DNA of 64,000 nucleotides. Origin: Azolla caroliniana (taxonomy: Eukaryota; Plantae; Polypodiophyta). Positions 11,641 through 25,010 of the stretch are shown here, in pieces (positions within the stretch are counted from its first letter, which is position 1; the number at the start of each line of letters is the position of its first letter). Under the pieces are notes generated by a model. That model worked only from the letters and a program-made list of their open reading frames with translations. It was not told the origin of the DNA and did not search any database. The position numbers and the translations under genes were made by a program. The stretch covers positions 4,092,001 through 4,156,000 of the forward strand of contig JBHGNT010000004.1 of NCBI GenBank assembly GCA_043228905.1, given 5' to 3'.

Positions 11641-13213
11641 ATTCAACTCGAAACTTTTGTGGTTCAAGATTGAGAAATATACAAGTTTAGTGAAGTTGGT
11701 CACATTGAACTTCCTAATCTTTGAGCTTCCACTTTCTTAAGGCATAAAGCCCCTTGTGAGCTTCTTGTATACAATGTGCCACTTTATGAAGAATGTTTTA
11801 TCAATTGACGACATGACAATGGTCTTTGTATGAGTAGGCTCCCACCTCATCTTGACTCTCTTCTTCTCTTAGTGGTTGATTATTCTCCCACTTCTTCTCT
11901 TGTATGCACATGTGTTGGTTAGTACAACTAATTAATTAACTAGTTGAAGGAGTGTGTGTGTCCTTAATCTATCGTAAACAAACATGCACTCATCTTATAG
12001 CACTTGTTGAATGTGGCCAACACAACCATGCGTCATTCAAGGTAACTTCGATCCTACTACACTACTAAAGGAAAGAATAAAGAGAGAAAATCAAGATGGA
12101 GGCACAATACTCAATGATAGAGATATGCAATATCTAATCAATCACAAAATGTTGATGATAACAATTGTATTGTACAATAGTTCTTACGATCAGGCTTCTT
12201 AAAATGACATGCTCGCACAACTCACCAAGTAATCCTCTTCATAGTGTTTCCTTTATATACGCAATCTTGGAGATGTTCACACTTGTCTAGCCTCATTAGC
12301 CATTTCCTCAAGTGTCCTTGCTAAATCACTAGAAGCGTTAATTAAGATGGATCACTTGTTAGAAGCATTAATTAATATCATAGGTTTGAGTCCCACAAGG
12401 GTCATCTAAGAGAAAAAGTTTGCCCATCCTAAATTAGTGGGTAAAATAAATAGGGAAACCTTATCCATGGGAATTGCTTCGATATTTGAGAGATTTATAC
12501 GAGAAAAAGATTAACCCTCTTGACCTTGCGTACAGAATAAATAAAAACCTTTGAAATACTACCTTCCTTTTTTCAAGCTGCACAAAAATTGTTATGTTTG
12601 TTGTCAAGTTGAATGTGAAATATGTTATTTTATGGGACACAAAAACTCTAACACAACATTGGGACACGTTATGTATCGCACAACGTTGATTTCTACTGGG
12701 GGCACCCAATCAAAAAACTCGAGAGCAAACATTTATATGTTTTCCAATGTGCAATGACTATGTGACACGTGCACATGGATGGAGCTCGGTCTCAAAAAGC
12801 CTAAAATTAGATAAGAAAATCGCTCGTCCAACATTTTCCGCATTGAATGAGAGTGTGCCACATGAGACTGGATTTTCCATTCGAGTGTGATGGATCTGAA
12901 TCAAAGCTCGGGGTATACAGATGGCGACGACGAATTGTTGAGTTTTTTTTTTTTTTTTTTTTTAGGTACGAGGGCGTAAGAGCCAAGAGAACGGGGAAGA
13001 GGCATTTTCTCAGGTGTGTCCGGAAAGGAAGACGAGGCCAGGAGCAATCGGCATACAGATAAGAGGGTCGGGTGTCTTAGTAGCGTACGAGCAATTCGAT
13101 CTGAAGGCCCTTTTTGCAAGGCCAACTACGACAAGGAGATGTGGGCGGGCCCCATGGGTGGGGGCTAGAGTAGCTAATGGGAGGACCCGCAACCCACGAG
13201 GGGAAGTAAGTTT

Positions 13214-13214
13214 G

Positions 13215-13248
<34 letters not shown>

Positions 13249-13481
13249 TACAAGTGGGGCGACACATAACAAAACAATTACATTATATGTATATACAGAG
13301 GACGTGGGTGGGTCGGGGCGGGGTGGGGGGGGCCTCGGAGTGTGGGAAGAGGAAAGCAATCTAAGTATGTATGTACATAAATGTATCTTCTACCAAAAGA
13401 AAGAAAGAAAAAAGGAACAAAAGAAAACACCCCAAAAAAAAATTAAGTCCAAAGAAAGAGGGTCACAAGGCCCTTGCCTTG

Positions 13482-13527
<46 letters not shown>

Positions 13528-13690
13528 GTCTTCCTTTTTTCTTTTCTTTTCATTTTTTACTTATCATTCATCCATCCATCCATTCACTCTCCTTTCCTTC
13601 CCTTCAATTTGTGGGGGTGGGGGGGCAGGGGATCTCAAATATTCTTCTTCTTCCTCTTCTTCTTCTTCTTTCTTCTTCTTCTTCTTCTTC
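13214..13690. repeat. Microsatellites upstream of the transporter: (TATG)n ~13214-13243, (CT)n ~13483-13525, (TTC)n ~13642-13690
   Basis: Simple repeats directly visible in the sequence. Confidence 0.95.
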
Positions 13691-13746
13691 TGATGCTGCA
13701 TTCTAGGCCTTGATTGCTTCAGTCAGGACACACCCTCATCTCCCCC

Positions 13747-16700
13747 ATGGGCTGGAAATATAATGCAGGGCTCCTCCTCCTCGGCTCTGTTGTGCTCATT
13801 TGGGTCACATCTGCAGAGATCACACAGGTTATCCATCCATACATACATGAACATACATACATGAACATACATATATGAACATACATGCATACATGCTTAC
13901 TTACTTGCATAAACACATATATACACACACACATAGCATACTTACATGGGGAACATGGTAGTTTCCTCCGAGAAATTGTAATTTGATTCTCAAAACCATG
14001 TTGGGCACCTTTATTTATCATACTTGTGCATTAGAAGTTAAATTGAGCCCCAATTTTACCAAGTGGACCCGTTTTTTAACAGAGTTGATTGATTCCCTTC
14101 TGGAAAGCTTGCATTTGCATCTGGACTTGTTTCTTAGATTGTTTACAAACTTATTTTCTATTAGGAGTCGATTTACAAGTGAGCAGGATAAGGAAATCGG
14201 ATTATTTTCGCCGGAGATAATTCATATATGCTTCTTAAAACGAAATGGATTGATTTTCTCGAAAATTTTGTTGTGTTAGGCATGCCTGTGCATAATTATA
14301 CATTTTTATGCTTTCGAATTTGAATGAAGGCTAGAGATAAGCCCAAACGCAGGGTAAAGTCTGGACAACAATTTCCTGGACATGGTCTTTTTCCTTGCTT
14401 TTAAACTGAGCTAGTAATATTATTAGGACTTTTTGTTGCATTGTTGGATTTGGTTACATTGATGCAAATTTTTTTGGTCACATTGTCGGGTGGTTTTCAC
14501 ATCTATACTAACCTTGTTCTATTCAAATTGGTCAAATGCAGAGCATATTTACAGCATATAGACACCCATTTGTCCTTACTTACCTCGGCGTTTCCCTCAT
14601 GGTTATCTATCTCCCCATTTCTTTGGTCAAAGACTGGGTTTTTAACCACTTTAGAAGGCTTTACAGTTTAGAAAAGAGAGTGTTAATGGATACTTCCCTC
14701 GAAATCATTTGCATCAAGAACCACCCTGTTCCGATTCCTAATGGCATTGAACTCATAGAATCCGATCCAAAACTCCTTTTATGTAGAGAAGATGTGCAAG
14801 TTGCAAAGCTCAAAGATACCATTGGTTTCTCCGAGAAGACCCAAGAGCTAACTCCATTGGATTTGGCATTGAAAAGCTTCTGTTTAGCACCACTTTGGTT
14901 TTTAACTGAGGTATGAATTCTTTGAGCTCCATTACAATATTCCTTACACAGATAAATGGTGATATACTAACTATCGTAAGAATCCAATCATTAATCAAGC
15001 ATAATTAATAGTAACTAAAGCATGACTGATGAAAAAAGTAGGGAACAGGAGGCCAGATGTTGGTCTCTGTTGTCTGAGAGACTCCAACCAACCAAAAATC
15101 CCGGAGTTGAGGAACAACTATATTTACATGTTGAAGTATGTGAAAGAAAATAAACTAATTAAATTCAGAAAGCTGATATTAAAAGCAAGTCTTGATTAAT
15201 TTGCAATATCACCACTGTGCTAGGTATTTCAAGAGAACATAGATGGCTACCATGCTCATGTATGTGGCCATATTGGATACGTTGTGAATATGTGGCATAC
15301 AAATTATAAGTGAAATATGGAAAAGAAAAGAGAAGAAAATTGAAGCAAAAACCATATATTGTCAACACATTGAGAAGCAACACTAAAGGATATATGCCAT
15401 ATTACATACATTGAAGACAGGCCCATTGTCATATGTATACCTGATAAGAAATAATGCCTTATTAGATATAGGGTAATATATGCTGACATATTAGATACCT
15501 GATATTGTTGCGGACATAATCTGACGTGCATTGCTTTTTTCATGCAGTATCTATCCAATGCTGCTCTGGCTAACACTAGTGTTGCTAGTACAACGATTCT
15601 GTCTTCAACATCTGGCCTGTTTACATTGTTTTTTGGGGCATTTCTCGGTGAAGATTCATTAAACGTAATTAAGATTATAGCAGTGCTAGTTAGCATTACA
15701 GGTGTGTTCATGACAACCCTTGGCAATACATGGGCTGCAGATGAACCAGTGATTGTTTCAACAGAGTAAGCGTGTTTATATGTCTGTTAAAGGCCACTGA
15801 ATATCTTACAGATTCAAGGGAATCTAGATTTTCATTTCATTTACTGCACCCATCCATACAGGTCAACCGAACATTCATTTCAAGGGGATATCTTGGGATT
15901 GCTATCAGCAGTTTCATATGGCATATTTACTGGTAACGTCATTCATGCAATGGATGTTTCCTTTTTTTATTTATTGAGAAGTGACCCTATTTTCTGATTG
16001 AAGTGAACTTCCTTCTACAGTGCTTCTGAAGAAGTTTGCAGGGAAAGAAGGGGAGGAACATGATATGCAGAAGGTGTTTGGCTATATTGGCCTCTTCACT
16101 CTAGTTGCGCTTTGGTGGTTAGGTGAAGTTAGTTTCTTTCTTTTTATAGTAAGAAGTAGTAAGTGGTATTTCCAGAAGAGCTTGGTATGCAGAAGGTGTT
16201 TTGCTATACCAACATCTTCAATCTAGTTGCAGTTTGTTGATTTGGTGAAGTTAGTTTCTTTCTTCTTATAGTGAGAAATATTAAGTGTCTATTTCGAGAA
16301 GAGTGCTTTCTGTGCCATAGCCCAAATCTCAAACGTTGTGGAAAGTGATCCAGTGGAGTTAATCAAATATAGAAATCGTCTTCTTTGAATCTGAAGGATT
16401 TATTTTACTGACTAAAGTATTTGCATTACTTTTAGCTCCAGATTCATCTTTAACTTACAGTTGTCATGATTTGATTCCAGTGTTGCCCCTTACAGCACTG
16501 CAATTAGAACCATCATTCAGCATACCGACTTCACTCAAGGTAGAAGAGGTGGTCCTTGCAAATGGCTTTTTGGGCAGTGTCCTATCAGATTACTTCTGGT
16601 ACGTTTTTATCTTGTTACCATCTCAATTGTAATATCTTCTTTACAAACACATGTATACATCATTTATATCAATTTGAAGGATAAAAATGCAAGGATAATC

Positions 16701-17211
16701 TATCTTTAGGCTCTAGTACATGATAATCTAACTTTCTTTCTTACTCTCTTATTTTGTTTGTTTCTCTCTCTGGTAGGGCTTTATCTGTTGTGTGGACAAC
16801 CCCCCTTGTAGCAACACTAGGCATGTCATTGACAATACCATTAGCGATGGTAGCTGACATGGTCATTCATGGGAGGCATTTTTCGGCCATCTATATTCTT
16901 GGGTCCATACAGGTTAGGATGTACTCCAATAGAAAGGAAAAACTCCAAAATAGGCCTAATTTGTTGGCTGTTTGCTGTCGTACCCCCTAAGTTTTCTGAG
17001 GGGTCTTCTGGTTAGTTTTGGAAAGATACAGCCATTCTGGTCAATAACCAACAAGTTGGGGCATTTTGGAGTTCTTCCATACCCAAGGATATGTCTTTGT
17101 AGATTGATGTTATAGCATAACCAGCTGATACATATAATTGATTGACAGGTTTTTGGTGGATTTCTTATTGCAAACCTTTCTGATAAACTCGGTTCGAAGC
17201 TTGGCTTTTAA
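13747..17211 (+). CDS. SLC35F/EamA drug-metabolite transporter family protein (THI74/YML018C/SLC35F5-like). Exons 13747-13827, 14542-14910, 15548-15765, 15862-15932, 16021-16122, 16481-16598, 16777-16912, 17149-17211
   Basis: MGWKYNAGLLLLGSVVLIWVTSAEITQ|SIFTAYRHPFVLTYLG...APLWFLTE|YLSNAALANTSVASTTILSSTSGLFTL...GSVLSDYFW|ALSVVWTTPLVATLGMSLTIPLAMVAD. All junctions are GT-AG and in frame to TAA at 17209-17211. Confidence 0.92.
16064..16304. repeat. Degenerate ~120-bp tandem duplication of the exon 5 end plus splice donor
   Basis: TATGCAGAAGGTGTTT...GGTGAAGTTAGTTTCTTTC...AGAAGAG at ~16064-16180 recurs at ~16186-16304. Confidence 0.85.
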
Positions 17212-19062
17212 AGCATTCTTTATCATTGGGCACCTCTACCCCATGGATTGAACCACATCATCCATAATTTCTTGGATAAGCCTACATGTGGTGTATCAAA
17301 TGTACATCAAAGTATATTAATTAAGATTGCCATCATTTTTTATTTATTCTATTTATATGTGAAGAAAGAAAGGTTTGTTCAATCATATCAGTCTATTGCA
17401 AAAGAAGACTAGCAAAATGAAAATGATAACATAAGATAATCAGATGGATTAGCACTTTTAGCTCAGATGAAATCAATGTCTATTCAAAGAGTGAACCAAA
17501 TACTACTAAGTAACAACATGTTCCAGTCTGAGGAAGAAAATAACCAAAACTATTTAAGTAAACATTTGCAACACTAGGAACATTCATACTGCTACACTGC
17601 AAGTGAATAATAAAAATACAAGCCGAAAAACACTATGAAACCAAAACTACTGAAGTGAAAATCTATATTATTAGGAACAGCTGTGCTACCAGTGTCATTC
17701 AAATGATGAATTTAGATTGCTAGTGTCATTCAAATGACTGAAGTTCTATGTACAAACATTTTAAACTAGAACACCTCATTTGTTACTTCTTTTAATCATG
17801 TCAAGAATGTTTGGATGGGCCATAGATACGATGGAAGCACCTAACTCTAAGCATATTACTCATTGAAGTCACAACAAAATAATCTCAAGGTCATTTTCAT
17901 GATCAATACCAATGTGAACACAATGGTTTTGAGGGAATTTTGCATGAAGTGTGATGTTTGTAATTTTGGTCATCAATGTGAAAGTCAAAGTCTACTATAT
18001 TCTTATTAGATCATGATGGTCACAAGTAGTATTAATCCTGAACATTATAATACATTTTACTAGTCACATAACGTCACTTTATTCTATGTGTGGCTAGTTT
18101 ATTCGAGTTACTCTATTGATGAACAACCTTACCATTTCGATTGGCAATCAATGGAAACCAACTTGCTGGTTTGCTATTTACTAGTCTGAAGAATAGATGC
18201 AATTTTGGGGGTTTTGTAAACTTTAACATGAGGAATGGCATGGATCAGTAGTCAATTATTTAAAGGTTTCACATGTCATAATTCTTCTTTGCATTAAAGA
18301 TTGGGCTAAATAGGCACATGTGTATTAAATATCAGTCTAAGTAGGCACATGTGCCATATGAATATTCAAGAGATCAATAGTTACATTAAAAATGGCTAAC
18401 AAACGTGTATGAATTGATATTCTTGTTGAAGCCCTACCTTTACTTGTACGTCTGGGACAAAAATGAGAATGAAGATTATTGCATTGCAAACTACTCTCAT
18501 TAGCTTCTTAGTGCTCATGTTATTGACTCTCTAAAATTCACACTGTCAAATAGATAGCGACATTCCTTTAGTGTTTTCAATACATTCTTGACTTTTTCTT
18601 TGAATCAGGAAGGATAGTGCAATGCACATTATCAAGACATGTGTTGATTTTGCAATTCCTTTATACAATGAGTCTTTTCCACTTTGCTTTTTGCCAAATA
18701 CACACATTTCAGTAGAATTTCAAGTAAATGTTATGTGAGCAGAAGCCTCCATCTCAGGGTTAAGAGTATACAAGCCAATTAACAGAAACCTAACAAATTG
18801 CACACACTGTAAAAATCGGCAATGTCTTTCTTAGAATGCTATTTCCTTGGGAGAATAAAAAATGTGATAATTGGCTCCGTAAAAATCAGGAAACTGTAAA
18901 AGAGGGAGGAAAGAATTTCAAATAGAATAACATAATAACCCTCTTGTAAAAATGGGAATACATTACAAACAGGGAAGCCCTCTCTCCTTAGCTATATAAG
19001 TAATGCCTTGACAATATTCAAAAAGGAATTTTCCCAAGAGGATCAAACAAATGATGATTTAT

Positions 19063-22029
19063 TTATAATGCAACAGAGCCTTTGGCATCTCTTTTGTAGA
19101 ACAAAATCTCCCCTTCATCACTCACATAGTGATCTTCAGACAGACTCTTCAATAAGACCTTCCATAAATGTGCTGGGAATGGTCCAGACTTTTGTGGCTC
19201 CCTGTAATATTTCCCAAGCACCGGCTTCACAGCTTCAGTCTGACACAAACATAATCAAACATGTGACCATTGTAAAAGCCCATTATTTGTTCATACAAGC
19301 TAAGTAAAAAAGCTCCCATCAAGAAATGCACATCAAAACACAAACACTCGAAATTTTCCATCACCTTTGCTGGGTATTTACTAAAATCGCCCTAAGCTTT
19401 TCAAAAATTACCAGAATACCCCGTTGTGTACATCATTTATAGTGAGAAATATATATATCTATACATGAACATGTATGTAGGCATGCATGTGTTTAGCTTT
19501 TGTGTTCACAATTATAAATGTGTTAAAATATTATAATGTATGCATGTATTTTATATCATTCTTCTGAGAAACATACTAGCTCCTCTTCATTATGTGTTGA
19601 TAGATGAGCATCGTAATCATCTTTTGCCATTTTCATTACTATGTGCTTTTGCATAAACAAAACGCTGTAGTCTTCTATAATAATTTGCAATGCGCATTCT
19701 GAATGGGTTTTGCAATGCGCATTCTGACTGTATATTCAGTTTTAACAATTCTAAAGATTGATTAGGATGTATTACATACCGCTTCAACCAGATGATAATG
19801 GGGTATTTGAGGGAACAAATGGTGTACAACATGAGTTCCAATGTCATGATGAATATTGTTGAACCAGCCATAGTCACGATCAATGGTCGACAGACCCCCT
19901 CTCATGTAGTTCCATTCCTGAAGTTATTGAACAGATCATCATACAACAGAGATGCACACACATGATATAGTTTATGATTTGGGGAAAGCATCATCTAGTG
20001 AAGGAAGCATGTGTGTGTATGTGTTAATTTTCCTTACCTCTCCTCTGTACCATGGAACCTTCTTATCATATCCATGGTGGTGAAGATAAGTCACAACATC
20101 AAGCCACACGACAAAGGCCTGAGGAAAAGCAGAATTGATATCAATTATTTGTTGAAGCTTCATGGTGGCTAGAAAGCATCAAAGATTATTTCCATGGCTT
20201 TTGTTTAGCATGAGCTCACCCAATAAGGAACCACATATAGTTTGAACATCCAAAGTGGTCCTATAGCAAAAGTAAGGGCTCCCAGAATAGCTGTCATAGC
20301 TAGCCAACAAGCTGTCGAAGTGAGAACTTCGTTTCTCTCACTCGGAACAAAAAGGGAACTATTGGGATCATAGTGACTTCCTTCTTTTCCAGGGCTTCTT
20401 TTCCACTGAAATTTACCACAAATATAAGAGCTTAAATATCAAAACAAGCTCCTAAATAAGTACTATTTGCTCATTAGTTTAATTCATTAATATCCACTAA
20501 CCAGGTAGAAAGGGTAAGCAAAAACCGATAAGAGAGAGAACCTTGCACTTCGGGATATATTGTCGAGACTTCGGTAGAGCTTTTCTGAAAGCTGTAAAGA
20601 AAACAACAAAAACTTGTGACATGAATACAGAAAACTTTGATGAATCCATGTTTCCTTTAAAACTGATGTGCTATGGGTAAGTTGTAATTGACTAGAAATA
20701 CAGAGAAATGATGTGATGGATACACATGCACATACGCAAAGTGATGCAATATGAGCAAGCTCTCATGGATAGTATTGCAGAGGAATGATGCAATATAAGT
20801 ATATATTCATAAACTTTCACATGCATGGTAAATGAACACAAAATGATGTGACAATGGTATTCTCTAATGGCCAGTAATGCTGTGATACATGCACACATAT
20901 ATATACATGTAATGAATGCTCTCGGAGATAATAACTTACAGGATGCCAGGATTCATCATTCTCAACATGGCCATGATTCTGGTGATGAGTCCTGTGGCTG
21001 ATCCTCCTGAAATGCAAAAGATGTGTCACCAGTAGTCTACAACGAAAGCATTACAAAGGGATCAAATACCCAAAATCTAAAAACAATATTAGACAAACCA
21101 GCCATGGTAGGGCACAAGGATAGAGGAATGTGTGAGATGTCCCACCACGTTATTGAGCAATTTGCTGTTCGAAAAGCTTCCGTGGCCACTAAAAAGTAAG
21201 ATAACGAAGAAAGGAAAATAAAATTACTGATATACATAGAACTATGATAATCAGAGTTTACCAAAACTATCAACATTTTCGGAAAAAATTAATTCGCACA
21301 GAAAATAGCAAAATATAGTAGCCAAAATTTGTTCGATTGTATCATATTACACGAATGCTTACAATCAGCATAATATAGAACACACATTAGTTCAATTCTA
21401 TCAAACATTAGTTCAATTCTATCAAACGACGGAAACACTTACAAAGACTAATAAGTAATCAAATTATTGTGATGTAGAACCATAATTAGTTCAATAGGAT
21501 CACAAAGAAGAACCAAAGGTTAGATTTTGAGAGTGAAGGGAAGAGAAAAGTATCGTTACCAATCATGACCAAGGACAAAAAGGGCCCAGAACATGGTGCC
21601 TTGGGCAAACCAATAGAGAGGCCATACGAGCCAACTGTTGAGATAGGCAGCTGCAGCCGCAAGGCCAGCCACTATCACCACATCACGGACGACAAAGCTC
21701 ACAGATTTCCATGGGTTCTTCACCCAACAATGCTTTGGAATGGCCGCCCGTATGTCCGATAGTGTGAAAGGGGGTGGCACTGATGGATCAAATACCAAGT
21801 TAGAAGAAGAAGAAGAAGAAGAAGAAGAATCACTCTGTGTGGATATGGTGGGTGATGCCACTGCTGATATCATAAAGCGATTAGGACGGCGAGTGTGGAG
21901 ATTTCGTAAAGATGGCCTTCTGTAAGTTACATTGAGCTGAGATTTGGATGCCATAGCCTGATAACCGAAGGTAGACATGGGAGATTCGTGAAGAGAGGAG
22001 CACGTAGTGCGAAGCACTGAGGACGCCAT
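19063..22029 (-). CDS. FAD7: Plastid omega-3 fatty acid desaturase (FAD7/FAD8 type). Exons 22029-21560, 21188-21099, 21006-20940, 20591-20502, 20405-20220, 20118-20038, 19917-19780, 19239-19063
   Basis: Ser-rich transit peptide MASSVLRTT..., then [23 protein letters not shown] and His boxes HDCGH, HRTHH and HVVHH. It has the canonical 8-exon omega-3 FAD structure. FAD7 versus FAD8 cannot be resolved. Confidence 0.95.
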
Positions 22030-22506
22030 CGCTATGGAAAGAAGGAGGGTTAGGAAGGAGAAGCCGAGAGACAGAGACAGAGAAAGACAGAGGCAGAGAT
22101 GGGTCTTGAGGCAATGTAGCTCTAGACCACCATATCTACTACTACCACTCTGCTCTGTTCTCCCCTGTTTCTCCCCTGTTTCTCCTCTGTTCTCCTCCTC
22201 TCCTTTCCTCTCTTCTTCTCTGTAGAACAAATAAAGTTAAGAATCACAATAATGCTTGATGACCTAAGGTCGGCTAAATGCTCCAAAAGGTTAGAAATAT
22301 AAATAAACAAATTTCAACTATTCTTATTAGTAGTAGACTGTAGTAGTATTATTGCATAAATACAAAAAAACATTTGTGTAGATTGTCAAACTATGTACAT
22401 ATTGTTGGGGCACATGCTTATTTATTTATTTTTATGTATTTAGTTATTTATTTGATCACGTGATTAATGAGTTTATTCATTTATTTGACCACATGACCGA
22501 CACATG

Positions 22507-22537
<31 letters not shown>

Positions 22538-22650
22538 GAATGAATGAATGAAAGATGGCCCATGAAACAATTGGTGTACAATAAAATAGGGTGTCTACCC
22601 AATCATTGAAATATAGTGGAGAGAGACAAAGAAAGAGACAGAGAGAGCAT

Positions 22651-22850
22651 ATGGATGTAGGTTAGTTGATAAGGTTGCCCAATAGAGACCAGGAGATCAT
22701 GGGTTAAACCCCGACATTCCACAGTGGCATTTCTAGTGAATTAAAAGGGATATGTATGAAGTATGTAATAGAGAGGTGAGATAATTGGGTTTCAAACCCA
22801 AGACATAGTGCTTGTGTTGTAACAACTTACCACCAGGGTAAGGTACTTAC
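22651..22850. mobile_element. ~200-bp dispersed element with two convergent tRNA-like (SINE-like) heads, copy 1
   Basis: Aligns by eye to the reverse complement of 49813-50010. A-box and B-box-like motifs occur on both strands. Confidence 0.7.
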
Positions 22851-25010
22851 AATAAATAATAAAAAAGACAGAGAGGATTACACATTTTTACTTCTAAGCC
22901 ACAAGTTCGATTGTCGAACTTGTTTTGTTCTATATATTCTTTGTCTTTTGGCACACGGTCACGTCTCCTCGCCCCCTGGGCCTCGTCCCTTTCCATCACG
23001 CATTAAATGTATGCCCCGCCCTTTGTCCGTTTGTGCTCCTCCTCTCTCCACTACCTTCATTGATACTCTGTGCATGAGAGTGTGTGACTCTCTTTCACAC
23101 TCTAGATGCACGGTCCGCTACCTTCGCTCATACTCTTCGTTGGTACTCAGCTCGTACCAAGTCTGAAGGAGATGTATATAATTCATTAACTCGTGCTACT
23201 CATCTCGGAAAACATATGCTTTATTTTGCATCGAATGTTCTCTGTCTGATCATTGTTGTGGTCATAGGTTTAGAAGATAATTCAAATACCCTTCTTTCCT
23301 TTGGAATTCCTCCATCATCAAAGCAATCATTGCTAATGCAACTATGCCAACAATTACAAAACAATGTAATAGAACTCCCTTTGCTAGGGCCTTCACCACT
23401 TTTTTTTCTATATCTTCTAGACTTGGGCTTCAACTTTTGAATGGCTTGAGCCTATTTTGTGTACGTACATATGTACATGAGCAAATGCTATATAATATCA
23501 TATATCTTGTAATGAAGGTTATGAAACAAGTTGTGTGTGATATTGGGCCCTAGCTACCATCAAGTGTGTAATCAAGTCTTACTATTACCATTTCACGTGG
23601 AAATCTCTTCCTATTGATGTATCTTCATTCATTAATAGTCATATAACAACTTACTATGTGACACTTGGGCTTTATACCCCACGCACACATCCTTTTACTT
23701 AGTGGGTCATACATCCCCTTGTAGCTCCCATGTTTGTTATCTTGGTTCCAAACTACCACTATCGCGTATTTCTATCTCATCACATTCCATCCTACCAACA
23801 ATAAATTATAGTTCGTATCTATACATTTCCACATCCATAAAAAAAAGAAGCTTAATAAGTATATTTCAGATTCCTCTTTGGGATCTCAAACAAGTTTTAG
23901 CACAAAAAAACACATGGTACACGAAAGGAACATATATTCTTAGGTTATACATCTAATCCACATGTTTCGCATAATTTAGGATACTTTATTATTATTGTCC
24001 CTTATTCATCTTAGTTCACTTACTAGTGTCATCAAATCTACAAATTAGTGAATTACGCTTCGAATAGGAGTATATTAACAAATGAAACTTCTAATTCTCT
24101 CATTTATGAAATGCCCACATTGAAAAGTAGAAAAATAATCTTCTCACTCGATGCTTACTCTTTTATTCAAGATAAATTAATTAGTAAATATTGTACCTAG
24201 CGGAACTATTTCCTAATTATTGTTAATTAATCTTCTAGCCACAAAAAACAATTTTAAGGGCCAAAAAAATGGTATGATTGTGTGCTTAACTTTAATTGTC
24301 ACATACATCAAAATTAAACAAGCATTGTGTCAAGATTTCCAACACATATATATAAACATCGTCGACTAAAGTATTTAATGATGTCATTGATACCTACACA
24401 CTCTAGTTTCACCAATCAATAATGAATGAAGATGATGTGACCACATCTAGCGATTCATGACTTCGAACTTTATATTATTCTTTTCAAACATGTGGATGAA
24501 ATTTATACAAGTAGGGTGGTTGCCATCCACAACATAAACACACACAAACACACATATTCTTGCCATCGGTTGCACTTCACAGTATGTCCTCTTTTAAAGT
24601 ACACTACTTTTTGGAGTAATTTAATTCAGGGAAAAAAGGTACGTAAGGGATTCGAACACAAACTAAAAATGTGGTGAACCCATATCTACCACCCCTCAAG
24701 GATATACCCATTGGAAAGGTCAAATTGTCTTGTGGTAACCATGATCAAACATTCAACATGTACACCATCCAAACTCTTTTGCGTTCTCTCACAATAATAA
24801 CCATTTCATTTCATGATATAGAACATCATACATCATATCTTACATGTGTACATCTATAAATGATGTTAACTTGACAATGTCTACAATAAAGACTTTGATA
24901 TATCCTTACATCATCAAATACCCACATGAATCTCTCAACATTTTTCTGTTTTGAGTGTGAATATAAGAACTTGATGCGGACCTTGACATGTTTCTACTCC
25001 TTTGCTTTCA

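Noticed and set aside
12847-13713. Cluster of short overlapping ORFs (similar clusters at 36652-37312 and 46595-47100)
   Set aside because: These are low-complexity translations of microsatellite-rich promoter/UTR DNA with no protein motifs.
22030-22230. N-terminal extension of the desaturase shown in the ORF track
   Set aside because: It has a non-ATG start and is microsatellite-rich 5' UTR-like sequence. ATG 22029 begins a typical transit peptide.
23221-23433. Short Cys-containing ORF as a further exon of the decayed gene
   Set aside because: It lies beyond that gene's stop codon, and no splice link or family motif could be established.
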